Positions 50,001 to 63,666 of a stretch of DNA of 64,000 nt are shown piece by piece. Numbering within the stretch: position 1 is the stretch's first letter; the number at the start of each line of letters is the position of its first letter. Made by a program: the position numbers and the translations under genes. The notes under the pieces were generated by a model that was not told the DNA's origin, did no database searches, and was given only the letters and a program-made list of their open reading frames with translations. Origin of the DNA: Azolla caroliniana (Eukaryota; Plantae; Polypodiophyta); assembly GCA_043228905.1 (NCBI GenBank), contig JBHGNT010000015.1, positions 7,998,001 to 8,062,000 of the forward strand, in the 5' to 3' direction.

Positions 50001-50834
50001 GTATGAATTCCTCTCATAACCACAATGAGCACTCTCGATTGTAACATTCATTGGTAAAGTTCTTAAACATCGAGAGTCACTACTCACTTTCACACGTATA
50101 ACGTGAATGTAATATTTTTTGTTTCATAGGTCATATTTGACCTCTGAAGACAATAATATAATCTATCTATCTATCTATCTATCTCACCTTTCTTCTCTCA
50201 CTTGCTTTGCTCTCAAGTTTCCTACCTCTCACTACCTCGATTTTCCCTCCCTCTCTCTCTCTTCTCTCCCTTTTTCTCCCCCCCTCCCCTCTACCTCTCA
50301 TTACCTTTTTTATACACACTCTCTCTTCCTTCTTTTCCCTACCCTCTCCCTGCCACCTCTTACTAAGTTCCTTTTTCATTCCTTTTCCTTCTTATTCCCT
50401 TCTTTTATTTTCACCTTCTCACCGTTTTTGTTTTCATACTTATAATTACAAACCCTATCACTCATTCATTCCCCTTATCGCCCTATTCACTCACTCATTT
50501 CCCCTTTATCACCACCCCCCCCTTATCATCACAATCTTCCCACCTTAAATCCTTACCTCCCTCCATCTATTTACACTCTTATTACACCCCACTCACTATG
50601 ATTATACATTCCCTCTTTCTACTTCCTTCCCCATCCTCAACATCCTATATAAACCACCTTTTGTATTTGCATTGATGAACTCTAAGTGAGTGACACTAGT
50701 TTGTGAATGGTCTTTCCTCTTAATGAAAGTTTCTTTTGTGTGTGTGTGTGTGTGCTCTCTCTCTCTCACCTTCATGTTTGTAATCTCTTTTCTATTTCCA
50801 TTATCTACCTTGTTCCTTAGTCCCTCACACTCCT

Positions 50835-51109
50835 TGTAACGACCCTAGGGTTAACAATAAACTCACATGCCATGAGTTTTGTGGTTGTTTGGATGCTTCA
50901 AGCAATGCAAGTTAAGCGCGCTTGAGCCAAAGCAGTACTGGGATGGGTGACCTCCCGAGAAGTCCTGGTTACATCTACGATGATAATGGGTTCGGGAGGG
51001 CCCATTGCTATCAAGAGTGGACACGCTCTATATTCGAGCGGTATATCGACCCACACTCCTTGCAAAGTCGTTAAGGAAAACCCTAAAGTGGACGACACGA
51101 TTTGTCACA
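50835..51109 (+). mobile_element. Cassandra-type TRIM LTR carrying a 5S rRNA internal promoter segment (~50910-50966)
   Basis: TGTAAC...TGTCACA ends; AGTTAAGCGCGCTT (box A) ... GTACTGGGATGGGTGACCTCCCGAGAAGTCC (box C region); downstream AAAACC..AAAGTGGAC resembles Cassandra LTRs. Confidence 0.82.
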
Positions 51110-53700
51110 GAAGCAACGGTGGAGCAAAGGCCAGTAAAAAGAATGCAAAAGATGAGTTCCGTAGCAGAAATGTCGTTCCAACCAAAAAAGGAACAAGAGA
51201 AGCAGGCACAACCAGGTAACACAGAACAATTAAAACAACCAAAGAATGCGGAAACTAGCCAATCAGCTGACATCATGAGGAGTTGGTCACTAAGCCAAAG
51301 TGACAAGGAGAACGTGTTTAAAGGGCAACAATATCACCTACTAGAAAAAACCAGGGGGTCATACTCAGATATTCCAGATGCCGCACATGAGTTCACGACA
51401 ATCACACAATTTGGAACATGCCAACAGTTAGTAGAATAGTTGGGGGGTCAAGTCACCCTAGCGGTATCATGAATGACGATGAAGTAAAAGGAATGGGGTG
51501 TCATACCCAAACATAAGGACAACCAAGGAATGAATGGAGCGGCGAAAGCTAGGTCGGACCACATGGCTAAGGAATTAACGAAGGCCAAGCCAGGACAACA
51601 ATGCCAGAACCAAAGAGCCGGGTTCAAAAACCGGAAATGGTTGTATCGGACGCAATAACAGAAGGATCAGAGAGAATAACCCATTGCATAGAATGAATTG
51701 GAAAAATAAAACCCAACCAGACATGCAGAGCAAGGGGATGAAGAGGTAGAAAGCTTAAAAGAAGACATAGTCGCGCAAGCAACCATGATTGAGAAAGAAA
51801 AATAGTTGTAGCAAGTAGCCGAAGAAGAGAAACAGAAGATGGAGGAAGGACTTCGTTGGGTCTAAAGAAGTGTGGAACAGCTGAAGGAAGAGAAAGAGGC
51901 AATTCATAAAGAAAAAGAAAAACTAAAAAGAATGGCAGAAACGAAAATCGAAAGGCTGAAGGAGGAGCTCCAGCAACAAAAGGAACAGGATGATAGGTTG
52001 CGTGCATAGAATAACCGACGCCTGAAGGACAAGCAAGTTGATTTTGAGAAACTCTATCGAGATCACAAGGAGCTGGAAATGGAGTACGAGTGGCAACGGG
52101 AGAGGCTCAAGGAGGCACGAGTAGAAGTGAAGGAGAAGGTTGAATCGTTGATGTTGCAGGAACTAATCTTGAGGAAACAAAGGTGAATATGAAACAAGAG
52201 GAGGAGATGAAGAAGGCTAAGTTGTTGGAGGACCACGACCGGATGCTGGGAAGATCTAGAGAAGTGTTGACAAAAGTACAGACCACTTATCAAACTCAGT
52301 TGGCGGCATATGAGGTCCAAACAACAACAACGGCAAAGACGATTAAGCAGTTGAAGTAGGAGAAGCAGGCAACGGAAGAGAAGACTGAGATGGGGATAGA
52401 AAGAATTCGGATGATTGTAGAGAACCGACGGAAACGAATGAGGGAAAGACTCAAGGAACGTTCTGCTATGATATGGAAGGAATGGTCAGAGTAAGTAACA
52501 GAACTGCAAGTATTCTGTGCCATGCAAAGAATGGGGCAAAGACTGGAGATCACTTTTACAAAATGGACATGGAGAAAGCATCATCACAATACGTGAGGAA
52601 TGATCAGAGGATTTTTATGCTATGGCTCAAGTTCAAACCGCCGAAACACGAAAAGTGTTGGAAGAGTTTGAGGATGATCAACTACAATTGTCATTAGAAC
52701 TGGAATTTTACGAGCAGGACAGAGCTCACCTGGCAAAGCATCAGATGGTGATATGGAAGGAATGGTCATAGCAAGTAACAGAACTGCAAGTATTTTGTGC
52801 CGATGCAAAGAACGGGGCAAAGACCGAAGATCACTTTTACAAAATGGACATGGAGAAAGTATCATCACAATACGTGAGGAATGATCAGAGGATTTTTATG
52901 CTATGGCTCAAGTTCAAACTGCCAAAACACGAAAAGTGTTGGAAGAGTTTGAGGATGATCAACTACAATTGTCATTAGAATTGGAATTTTACGAGCAGGA
53001 CAGAGCTCAACTGGCAAAGCAGCAGATGGTGGACAACCAACAGGAGCAAATAAATATTAGCGATAAGGAGCAACCGGTAGTTGGGCTGGAACTGATACTC
53101 ACAAAGGAGGAACAACCAGAGAAATGGGCGGAGCAACCGGTGGAGCAAGAGCCACTTCAAAAAGAAGGAACGAAGAGGAGGAACCGCCACGAGCAACAGA
53201 GGAAGAACAATTGCTCGAGGAGAGTCAATCACAACAATATGTTGGAGGAAGGTTGGAAACCCAGCAAGATGAGATAGAGGACAGACAACCAAACATTTTG
53301 GATATATTTGAGGATAGCTAAGGGCATGTGGGTTCGACGTGCAAGGCACTATCCCACGGGCATGCCAAGTGTTGCCCAGAGAAGTAGAACCGAAGGATGG
53401 GAGATCCGAAAGCCAATCCGGAAAGAATATGAATTCGGATACCGGATAATTAGGAATATTAGTAGATATGAAGAGATATTATGTGAAGGGGTGTCGGATC
53501 CGAAAGGATGTACCGGTTCAGATAGACACCGTTTTGTATCAGAACCAACCACCTATATAAGGAGTTCGGATTATATAGTTTTGGAGGTGCATGTGATCTA
53601 ATATAATTGGAAGATTTGTGTACTTATCGTGTTGTGTAGTTGAAGGTTTTATCTTATGGATGCATTAATGTTCGTTGGTTGGATGCATTAAGATCCTAGT
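51110..53700 (+). mobile_element. Gypsy relic D (relative of C): decayed 3' extra ORF, inverted PBS-like motif 53352-53367, truncated LTR from 53370
   Basis: QQKEQDDRLRA..NRRLK..DFEKLYRDHK parallels C; the ORF ends NILDIFEDS*; LTR TGTTG.. with CCTATATAAGG. Confidence 0.85.
52470..53030 (+). repeat. 280-bp tandem duplication inside relic D
   Basis: 52470-52749 is repeated at 52750-53030. Confidence 0.9.
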
Positions 53701-53719
53701 CCAGGATAAACATCATCGG

Positions 53720-56620
53720 TCATGATGTTTGGGACAAAGAAAAAATAGCCTTTGTCACAGATTGGGGAGTGTATGTCTCCATGGTCATGATGTTTGGGCT
53801 CAAGACTAATCCCGCGATGTTTCAACGTATTATAATGGAGATCTTCGAGGAATACATACCCGGGTTTATGCAGGTATGCCTAGACGACTTCGCGGTCTTA
53901 GGTTCCCAAGGCGAGCACCTTGCACATCTCGATAAATGCCTCCAACATTGTCATAACAATCGGCTCTGTCTTAACCCCTTGAAGTGTGTGTTTGTGGTAT
54001 CCAACGACGTGTTGCTTGGGCATATCATCAATAAACGGGGCATCACAATCGACCCAAGTAAAGTCTAGGAAATCCTTGCATTCCCACCTTTGATCAACGC
54101 CAAGAGTCTCATGTGATTCCTTGGACAGGTGCGTTGGCACAGTAGGGTCTTGCGCTACCTTGCCGATTTTGCGAGCCGTCTCCATGCAGTTGTCCACCGT
54201 ACGTTGTTTCATTGGACTATAACCAAACAAGAGGCATTTAACACCCTCAAAATACTCCTTTCCCGTGCCGCCTATAGTGCAACCACCATGTTGGGATGAG
54301 CCGTTCCATGTATTCGTGGATGCCGCGAATATTGTGATCGGCAACATGTTGTTGCAACTGTATGAACCATGTTGGTTCAGACCAATATTCTACGGAAGAC
54401 GATGTCTTTCCTCGACCGAACGCAACTACTCAACAATGAAACATGAAGCCCTGGGTCTTATTTTTAGCGTAACCAAGTTCCCACACTACTTGCTTGGCCG
54501 AAGATTCATGTTTCATGTGGACCATGCCACGTTGCTCTACATCAGCTAAGAGCTCATTGACCGGTAAAATGGCCCGAGGGGCACTACTACTTCAGAAATT
54601 CGAGTTTGACATCATTCACCGACCTAACGCACAACACACCATTCTGGATTACCTCTCTCCACTCGAATTCGGTGAAGGGGGGGTGGAGGTCCCAAATGAC
54701 CTTCCTGACTCCTCCATGTTGCCACCACCTCTATTGTACCCAATGACCCCAATTACTAGTTGGAGAACATGGACTTCTACTTGGCTAATGGGGTGCCACC
54801 GCCACACCTCTCTAGTGATGAGTAGAAACAGTTGGCAACACGCAACCATAATTTTTGGTTGTTGGACGACATCCTCTACTTTCACTCGGCGGATGGTATT
54901 TAGCGTAGGGCGATTGGCCGACATGAAATAGCTATCCTCACTGTCTGCCATGTTGGGATAACATGCGATCACTACACGGGGACATCGTTGCCCGCAAAGT
55001 CCGGGAAAGTGGCCTTTGGTGGCCAACGATCAGTCATGATGCAACGGCCTTTGCCAAGGCTTGCGACACCTGTTAGCACACCAGCCAACCACATGAATTA
55101 GCTCGTATGCCACAACACCTAGTGTTACCGCTTGAGCCATTCCAAAAGTGGGGTTTGGATTTCATGGGTTCATTCAAACCCCCAACCGCATAAACCGGTA
55201 ACATCTACATCATCGTGGCAATGGACTACTGCACCAAGTGGATCGAAGCAAAGCCCTTGCGTGATAATACGGAGAAATCAACCGCAAAATTTTTATACAA
55301 GTGCATATGGTGCCGGTTTGGCTGCCCGATTGAACTGGTTAGCGACCAAGGGCCTCATTTCATTAATGATGTTGTCGCCAACCTTACCTCCCACTATGTA
55401 GTCATGCACAGGCGGAGTACATTGCACTATCCCCAAGCGAACAGATTAGCACAAAGAACAAACAAGATACTCCAAAGCATTCTCTACAAAATCGTCAACG
55501 AGCATCGTACAGATTGGGGATTGGGACCGCAAACTCCAATTTGCACTCTGGGCGTACTGTACCAGTTACAAGACAAGCATCGTACAATTTGCACTCCACG
55601 CCATTCTACCTCGCATACAACATGGAAGTCGTCATGCCCATTGAGTTTGAGATTCCCAATCTACGCATTCAAGTGCGGGAGCGTTTGCCGGAAGATGAAT
55701 CGTGGATTGCACGCGCAAAACAGATGCTCCACTTGAACCAAGAGAGATTCCATAGTGAGTGAAGACTAGAACTGGAACAGTTGCGGTGCAAGGCCTTCGT
55801 TGACCACCATGGGCGGCAACTTTGTGGGTGGGAACACCTGCCCTTGTTTTCTCCACACGCTCCGGGCTTATGTCGGGGAAACTCAAATTGCGGTGGTTAG
55901 GGCCATTTTGGATCACCAATACGCATGCATGTGCGTTTCAGCTCGACACCTTGGATGGCCAAGTCCTACCGGCGTGGTTGAATGGTTTTTGGCTCAAGCT
56001 ATACAATGGCACGGTGCCACCCAACCCCTTTATATGCAGCCATCCCATTGAGGCTGACCCCACGATTGGCCCTCCATTTTTTGACCCCCCAACCACACCT
56101 ATCATTGTAACTTCGAACACCATTGGATAAGTTGTCCACGGTATTTGTTGCAAGCTTTGTACAGTTCTTTCTTTCGCGAATTGTTTTGCGTTTTGCTAAT
56201 TATCGCATATCAAGGGTTTGTATGTTTGGTCGTGCATTTTTGCACTATCCCATAGGCGTGCCAGTGTTATTGACCGGCCCGGTGTGAAATGGGATGGGCC
56301 AACCAAACCCTAGCCTTGGATTTATATATATGTCCCTTTCTTGGGATGTAAGGGTGGCAGTGTTTTATTGAGAATAGAGAATAATGAGTGTGTTTGTCTC
56401 TTCATTCTCAATGTACTTTCTAATTTTCTCCTCTTTTTATTCTATCTTCTCCTTTCTTCTTCTTTTTATTCTATCTTCTTCTTTCTCCTTCTGTAACCGC
56501 AACCTCTTCTTCTTGTGGAGGAGAAATCGTGTAGTGTGAGCCACCCCTTCGGGTTGGGAGTGCAACAGGTGAGCACCAGCGGCAGAATCTAAGTAGACCA
56601 AAAGGATTGGGTTGACAACA
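53720..56620 (+). mobile_element. Gypsy relic E (C lineage): decayed RT-RH-INT, no extra ORF, inverted PBS-like motif 56248-56263, 3' LTR ~56268-56620
   Basis: MMFGLKT..FQRIIMEIF, FHVFVDA, DYCTKWIEAK, GKLKLRWLGPFWI; LTR TATTGACCGG...GACAACA resembles the termini of the C LTR. Confidence 0.85.
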
Positions 56621-57165
56621 AAATCCCCAAAACATTGCAAGGCGATCGAATGCAAGTGGGTGTATAAAGTGAAATATAACACCAATAACATTGTCAACAG
56701 GTATAAGGCCCGATTGGTGGCCAAAGGCTACACAAAGACACATGGAATCGACTACGACAAGACCTTCGCATTAGTTGCAAAGATGATGATGGTTTGTGTA
56801 CTGCTAGCTATGGCGGTGGCAAAGGGATGGCATATGCACCAGATAGATGTGAAGAACGTGTTCTTGCAAGGCGATCTTGAGGAACAACTCTATATGGTTC
56901 AACCACCTGTATTTCAATCGGAGTTGAACAAGTCGGCAGTATGTCGGCTAAAGAAGTCACTTTACGGCCTCAAGTAAGCCCCTTGAACTAGGAATGCAAG
57001 ATCTTTCAAAAAGGTCAGAGCATGCTGGTATGCATTCTATTATATGTAGATGACTTGGCCATTGCCGACACCAACCTTGATGAAATTGGCCACTTAAAGT
57101 CTTAGCTATCAACAACATTTGAGATCAAGGACCTCGGGGACCTTCACTACTTCCTTGGGATCTAA
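56621..57165 (+). mobile_element. Copia RT fragment
   Basis: [48 protein letters not shown]. Confidence 0.9.
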
Positions 57166-57399
57166 GTGGCCTGAAACCCGATTGAATATGTTATCACGTC
57201 AACTACGAAGCAAATTGATAGTACCACATGACATTACTAGAGTAGAGTTCAGTTTGCGCCCGATGTTAGTAGAAGCACTTATCCAAGTGGTTGTTTTTAT
57301 TCATCGGATACATAGCCAACCACAAGATAGGATCTCTCGTCGAGCCATTGAGGCATCCCGATCCCTATATGCGTCTAGAGACACTATATCTCTTGGTAT

Positions 57400-58060
57400 A
57401 ACATTGTAGTGAGTTGGTTACTTGCAAATGGCATAAACATTAATAACCTTCCTCCCCTTAAGTACAACCATGGGACTAATCAAACTTTAATATCTCATGA
57501 AGACCGTAATAAAGTAATACGCTAAGAAATATGGCAAATTTACACCCGATATTCATGGATCACCCCACGAGAGCCACTCCCATCTAAAATGTTGTACTAT
57601 AAGGAACAATTCTTGCGCTTCTCTAAGTTAGGTTTTATTACATGACCAATATATCTAGATACATTCTTATCAAATGCACTAAGGGTGGCCATTGGACAAC
57701 TTAGGATATCATCTCACCAACTTCAGATTGAGAATGGTCGGGCTAATAGAGTCCCTAGAGAGGAAAGGCTATGTAGATTATGTCACATAGAAATAGAGGA
57801 TGAGTATCACTTTACATGCAAGTGTCCAACCTATGCCGAGATAAGGGCAGAATACCAAGACATATTAGGACCTCTCCCACCCTCTCCAAACTATTAGATA
57901 CCTCGGATATATAAAGAGACTAGGTAGGTATATCTTAGAGCTAAAACAACATAGGGAGAATAAGCTACAAAGTGTTAACCATGACCTTAATATTCATCAA
58001 CATGTAAGTAGTGTAATTTTTCAGGAACAAGGGGAGATGATGAATGTGGATACACTCACT
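57400..58060 (+). mobile_element. LINE C-terminal zinc-finger region and 3' end (RTE/RTEX-like)
   Basis: LRISSHQLQIENGR..VPREERLCRLC..EIEDEYHF.C.CP.Y; second copy at 1176-1370. Left boundary approximate. Confidence 0.78.
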
Positions 58061-58496
58061 TTGGGTAGTGGTGGTGTGTGTGCGTGCATACTCGCCCTAC
58101 AAACACATACATACATACATACATATTTATTCATTTAATGTATGTATGTATGTATGTATATAATAATATGTGTATGTATGTATGTACATATATTTAACTG
58201 TGAATTGAGAAGAAGAAGAAGAAGAAGAAGAAGAAGACCTAAAAAAACTCATCTCCCATCATATACATACATAGATACAGATGATTGTGGTGGTCGTCTT
58301 AGATTCACAGGAAAGCTAAGAGGAAGGAAGAAGAGAGTGAGTGAGGGAGGGAGACAGACAGAGCGGGCGAGGCTGAAAGAGGCAACAAGCACAGAAAGAC
58401 GGATCTATCTATCTATCTATATATCCTGCTGCTCTCTCCATTCCGTCCCATTAAGTTTTTATCTGCACCAGTAGCTTTTGAATCGTAATCGTAGCC

Positions 58497-61400
58497 ATGG
58501 CGAAACGTGGCTTGATGGAGCAGGACCTCAGCAAACTAGACGTCACGAAGCTCACGCCCCTTTCCCCCGAAGTTATCTCTCGACAGGCCACCATCAACAT
58601 AGGTATCTCTTTGTCCGTCTCTCTCTTCCTCTCCGTTTCTCTTCACTTCTTCTCTGTTTCTTTCACCATCGCCTGTAATGAGTCAATGCCGGCCTTCGTC
58701 TCTCTTCTGTCTACATCCAAATTTCCAGCTGCTGTGTGTCCCTTGTTCTTTTGTTTCTCTCATCGTTTTCTGCAAAGAGGCACATCCTTATACGTTTAAT
58801 CTGGCTTCTCACAGATGCGATATGTGATGAGGTAAATTTCCTCTATGAATCCTTTCTTTGAGGATAAAAAAAAAATTACAGTTTGGGGGGGGGGAATTTA
58901 TAAATTTCTGGGCATACATAGAACTATGAACATACCCATGCTTGGAAAGCTATACATTGATCTTTTTTTGTGCATAAGAGCTGTTTCTCTTCTAGAAGGC
59001 TGGTTTTGGACTGAAGCTTTTCCATTAACTTGTTACTGGTCTTCAGGTTTGAGATATTTTGTAGACATACCATGTCATCATATGTGAAGTGTCAAATAGA
59101 AAGGCTTATATAAAATCATTATTGTCTCTATAACACTAGTATCTTCTACTTAATATTTCATGCTATGAAGAGATAAACATTGGTTTGGCTAGGCTAGTAA
59201 TACTGGAGCTTATGATAGCTTGTGTTGGTAGTAGTAATTTCATTTTTACAGCTTGATCTCAACTCCAACTGTAAACCAGTGAAAACCAAAATATTTTAAA
59301 AGCGAGTTGACATACATATTTGCGTTTTCAAAGTGATTTTTGATCTTTCCTAACCGTAGATTTTAGAAGTCTGAAACATTTCCTTTTCAATTAAACCTAT
59401 GAATATTGCACTGTGAGAATAGAGGTTCTAATTTGTTAATGTTGGTTAATACTGGGTTGCTGTTAATGCTTGAACCTCATAATATCCATAACAATGGTTA
59501 TTGGTTTTACTAGCTATTACTTAGTTCCAACTACCAAAGCTACTAAACCAGAAATGGAATGTTTTAGAATTTTTCTGTGATTTCTTTTTTTAATTATTAA
59601 TGTCATAAAGGTGGCCATCTTTTGAATAGGTACCATTGGACATGTGGCCCATGGGAAATCAACTGTGGTGAAGGCCATTTCTGGAGTCCAGGTAATCTTT
59701 TTTCCGTATTATCTTTTAGTTCTTCAAACGGTTTCTTCAAGTTTGTGCTAGTTGTTCTTGGATACTGTTTGTAGCTGATACCATTTTTATCGGCAATAGA
59801 CTGTTAGATTCAAAAATGAACTCGAGCGTAATATCACTATCAAGCTCGGATATGCAAATGCGAAAATATACGTGTGTGAAGATGAGAGATGTCCAAGGCC
59901 TCAATGCTATAAGTAAGAAACTATATATATATATGTGTGTGTGTGCATTTGAATATTGTGAAACTGTGAATTTTAAAGATTGCTAGTACATTTACAGGGC
60001 CTACGGGAGTGGAAAGGAAGATACCCCTCTATGTGATGTGCCAGGATTTGAGAGTGCACGGATGAAGCTTTTACGGCATGTATCCTTTGTGGATTGTCCT
60101 GTAAGTTTTTGCTCTAGATTGTATGTGATAATATTCATTGTTTTCATTAAGAATCTGACCTGAATCTTACTTCTCAATTTCTAATGACACGGCCACTTTT
60201 AGCCCTTCTCCTTGTAGCTCCTAAAAGTTTGGAAATTTTAGGTGTACAGTTTGTATTCCTTAGGCTAAATGGAAACAATAGTAGACGTGGTAAACTGAAA
60301 TATAGCATCTTTGAAGTGCAGATTGAAATGTCTACTGTGAGATGTTCAATTTTATTTTGTCGGTCTCTTAATTAGCAAAGGGCCATCAAGTAGTTGGAAT
60401 ATGATGGTATAGGGAGAATTACAAAAGTTGGTGAATTAAAACATTAGGTTTGTTATTAATCCAGTTTGGTTAAAGATTCAAGTGATTAAGCTAGAACTAG
60501 AACTAATTAATGTCAAATAACAGGATAATTTATAAGCATATCGCAACGTAATTTAAAATCCGCACTATGAATTGAAGGCTATTTGCTGTTGCACCTCATA
60601 ATAAAATTTTAAAATTTCAGTTAATCCCTTGATTTGCATTTCGTTTTCAAGTATATCCTTGGAGCGTGGTTCTGTGCTATCCTCTTTTCAGAAGCCAATC
60701 TGCTCTCTAACAATATATGAAATCTGACATTGCTGATGTCATATTGGTGTGGATGATAAGCCAGAACTTATGAACCTTGGATTTTTGTGGTGAATATGAT
60801 TAACTTCACCCAAAAACATTGGTAGAAAGTTGAGAGTAAAGGAAAAAGGACACCAATTGGCCCCAAAGATGGAATTGGCCTGTAGAAACAAATCAAATAT
60901 AGAAGAGTAGGGAACGTTTTCACAATAGCCCATTATTATAGCTTCAATACCCCGAGAGGTGAAGATGCTACTTGGATGGAAGAAGCAGGAATCCAAGTGC
61001 ATGTACTTGTCAGGTACAGCATGCCTAATTCAAAATCAGTCTTGGAAGCTCAGGAAGGTGTTCTACGGGCTGTGGTGGTACATTATCACTGGACCAATAA
61101 GTAACTTCACTTAGTGTTTGATACAAGGCATCTCTGATGGATGTGAATCTCAGTGGACTCTGGAGAATAGTCAACATCATCTATGTGAGATTGTGTTGAG
61201 TTCTGGATTGCTCTTCTACCTAAATTTGCAGGCATACAAAAGAAACAAGATTTTTTTTGTCTCCTAACAAAATTGTTCTAAAAGTATTTAGGATGTAGAT
61301 TGTAAGTTGATGATTCCTTGAATACAGGTACACCTGTGCTTGATGAAGATTAAGGAAGGTCTTTCTGTCTAGAGTGGATGAGTACCAATTGTTCATGGCA

Positions 61401-63666
61401 AAACTATGTTTTTTGTGCAAGACACTGCCTAATCTTGTATACTCTGTCGTAGTGCCAAGGGGATTCTCAGCATGATGGAAGCAGATTCTTTGGAAGGAGA
61501 TTTAGATATTCAAGTTCAGTGTTTGGAATTTATTTCATTATATGTCTATATAGGTTTGAATGGGTGTACTAGACCTGTGGGATGTGTTGTAGTGCAGTAC
61601 CTCGGACACTAGAAGATCTAGGAGGTCTCAGAAAGGAGAGCTTGTTCAAATTGGATGTCAGAGCCAGAGTTGCATCGCCGTTGCCAAGAATCCAATGTTC
61701 TATGGAAATGACAGGGTGCCGGACAAAGTATGTGGAGAATTCGATGCCACTGTGCAAAACCATCAGCATGGATGGGATCATATTCTGAACATGGATATAC
61801 ATGGAAATCAATACTTGTCTCTCAGATTAGCAAGCTGATGCAGAAGATTGAATACAATTCTCAAAAGATGATTGCATGAGGCCTATCAATAAGTGAATCT
61901 TGCCCTGTTAGATAAAAGCCTGTCTGTTGAATATTTTTCTTCTTTCTGTTTTGAAATATCACAGTAACATTTACCCATCCAATCTCAGGTATCCACTATG
62001 CTAACACCTCCGGGCCTATTATGTCCTCTTTTGAGTCTTGAATGTAGATGGATATTTTCCTGCTCAATTATTTATATCTTACAACATATACGTCACATGC
62101 CTTATCATTTTGTTTCTTGGTCCATGTTTGACTGTGAGAAATGAGGTTTAAAATAGTAGAAGCTTAATCAAAAAAACTTTAAAACTATGATCTTCAGGGC
62201 CATGATATTCTCATGGCAACCATGTTGAACGGTGCTGCTATCATGGATGGAGCCCTCCTGTTGATTGCAGGGAATGAGAGCTGCCCTCAACCTCAGACCT
62301 CTGAGCATCTTGCAGCTGTTGAAATTATGCGGTTGAAGCACATCATAATATTGCAGAATAAGATTGATCTTATCCAAGAAAGTGTGGCTCTGAACCAGCA
62401 TGAGTCGATTCAAAAATTTATACAGGTGCTCTTTGTTTACTCTACTTAACTTCATAATTCATGCATAGGTGAAGCTTCTGTAAGCATGAATACTTTCATC
62501 TGTCTTGGCTTTCCAGGGAACTATTGCAGATGGGGCTCCTGTGGTTCCAATTTCAGCCCAGCTGAAATATAACATAGATGTTGTATGCGAATATATAGTT
62601 AACAAAATTCCTATACCGGAGCGTAATTTTATAGATCCTCCAAACATGATAATCATCCGTTCATTTGATGTCAATAAGCCTGGTGCTGAAGTGGATGAGA
62701 TCAAAGGTGGAGTTGCTGGTGGAAGTATTTTGAAGGTACATGTGTTACCAATATTTTGAATTTAATGAGTGACAAATTTCTCTATTTTTTACATGAACAA
62801 TGGAACTCTATTTTAATACCGTTTTGCTTGCCTATCGTAATTCAGATTTGAAGCTAAGATATTCAGTATTTCTTTGGTGGTTTTTTCATGAATTGAACTC
62901 ACTATTTCTCTGCAGGGTGTGTTGAAGGTTGGCCAGAAAATTGAAGTGCGGCCTGGAATTGTTGTGAAAGACGAAAGTGGAAATATCAAATGTACTCCCA
63001 TCTTTTCTAGGATAATCTCACTCTATGCAGAACAGAATGAACTGCAGTTTGCTGTTCCTGGAGGACTTATAGGCGTTGGCACAACTGTAGATCCCACATT
63101 GACTCGAGCAGACAGGCTTGTTGGCCAAGTTTTAGGTGAAGTTGGGGTACTTCCAGATGTCTTTGTGGAGCTGGAGGTTTGGTTTGTTCCCTTTATAACT
63201 AAAAGGCTGAAATCCAAATGACATTTTAGTGAATGAGCCAAGATTCTGGCTGATGCATGAAATAGTAGGAATTCTAGAGAAGTATTCTGTAGCAGTTATC
63301 CCTATGTGTTTTCGAGTTATGCAATTCAACTGGCATCTTTTGAATATGAAGGCATCTTTTTTCCAGGTGAACTTTTTCCTGTTACGTCGACTTTTGGGTG
63401 TGAAAACCAAAGGTGCAGAGAAGCAAGGAAAAGTGACCAAGCTGACTAAAGGAGAAGTGCTGATGCTCAACATTGGGTCTATGTCCACGGGCGCTCGTGT
63501 ACTTGCAGTGAAGAATGATCTCGCAAAGCTTCAACTTACGTCTCCTGTTTGCACTAGCAAAGGAGAGAAAGTTGCCTTGAGTCGGAGAGTTGAGAAGCAT
63601 TGGCGTCTCATTGGATGGGGTCAAATTCAGGCAGGGCTAGTGCTGGATATGCCAGCAGCAGTGTAA
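58497..63666 (+). CDS. EIF2G: Eukaryotic translation initiation factor 2 subunit gamma; exons 58497-58602, 59630-59691, 59800-59912, 59998-60100, 62198-62425, 62517-62735, 62916-63176, 63367-63666
   Basis: [20 protein letters not shown] (P-loop), [58 protein letters not shown]; all introns GT-AG and in phase. Confidence 0.97.

Noticed and set aside
50910-50966. Genuine 5S rRNA gene
   Set aside because: Only the internal ~57 nt match; the 5' and 3' ends of 5S are absent and the segment sits inside LTR-like termini.
60700-61900. Nested gene or LINE relic in eIF2-gamma intron 4
   Set aside because: Only short ORFs and faint motif resemblance; cannot be supported without a profile search.
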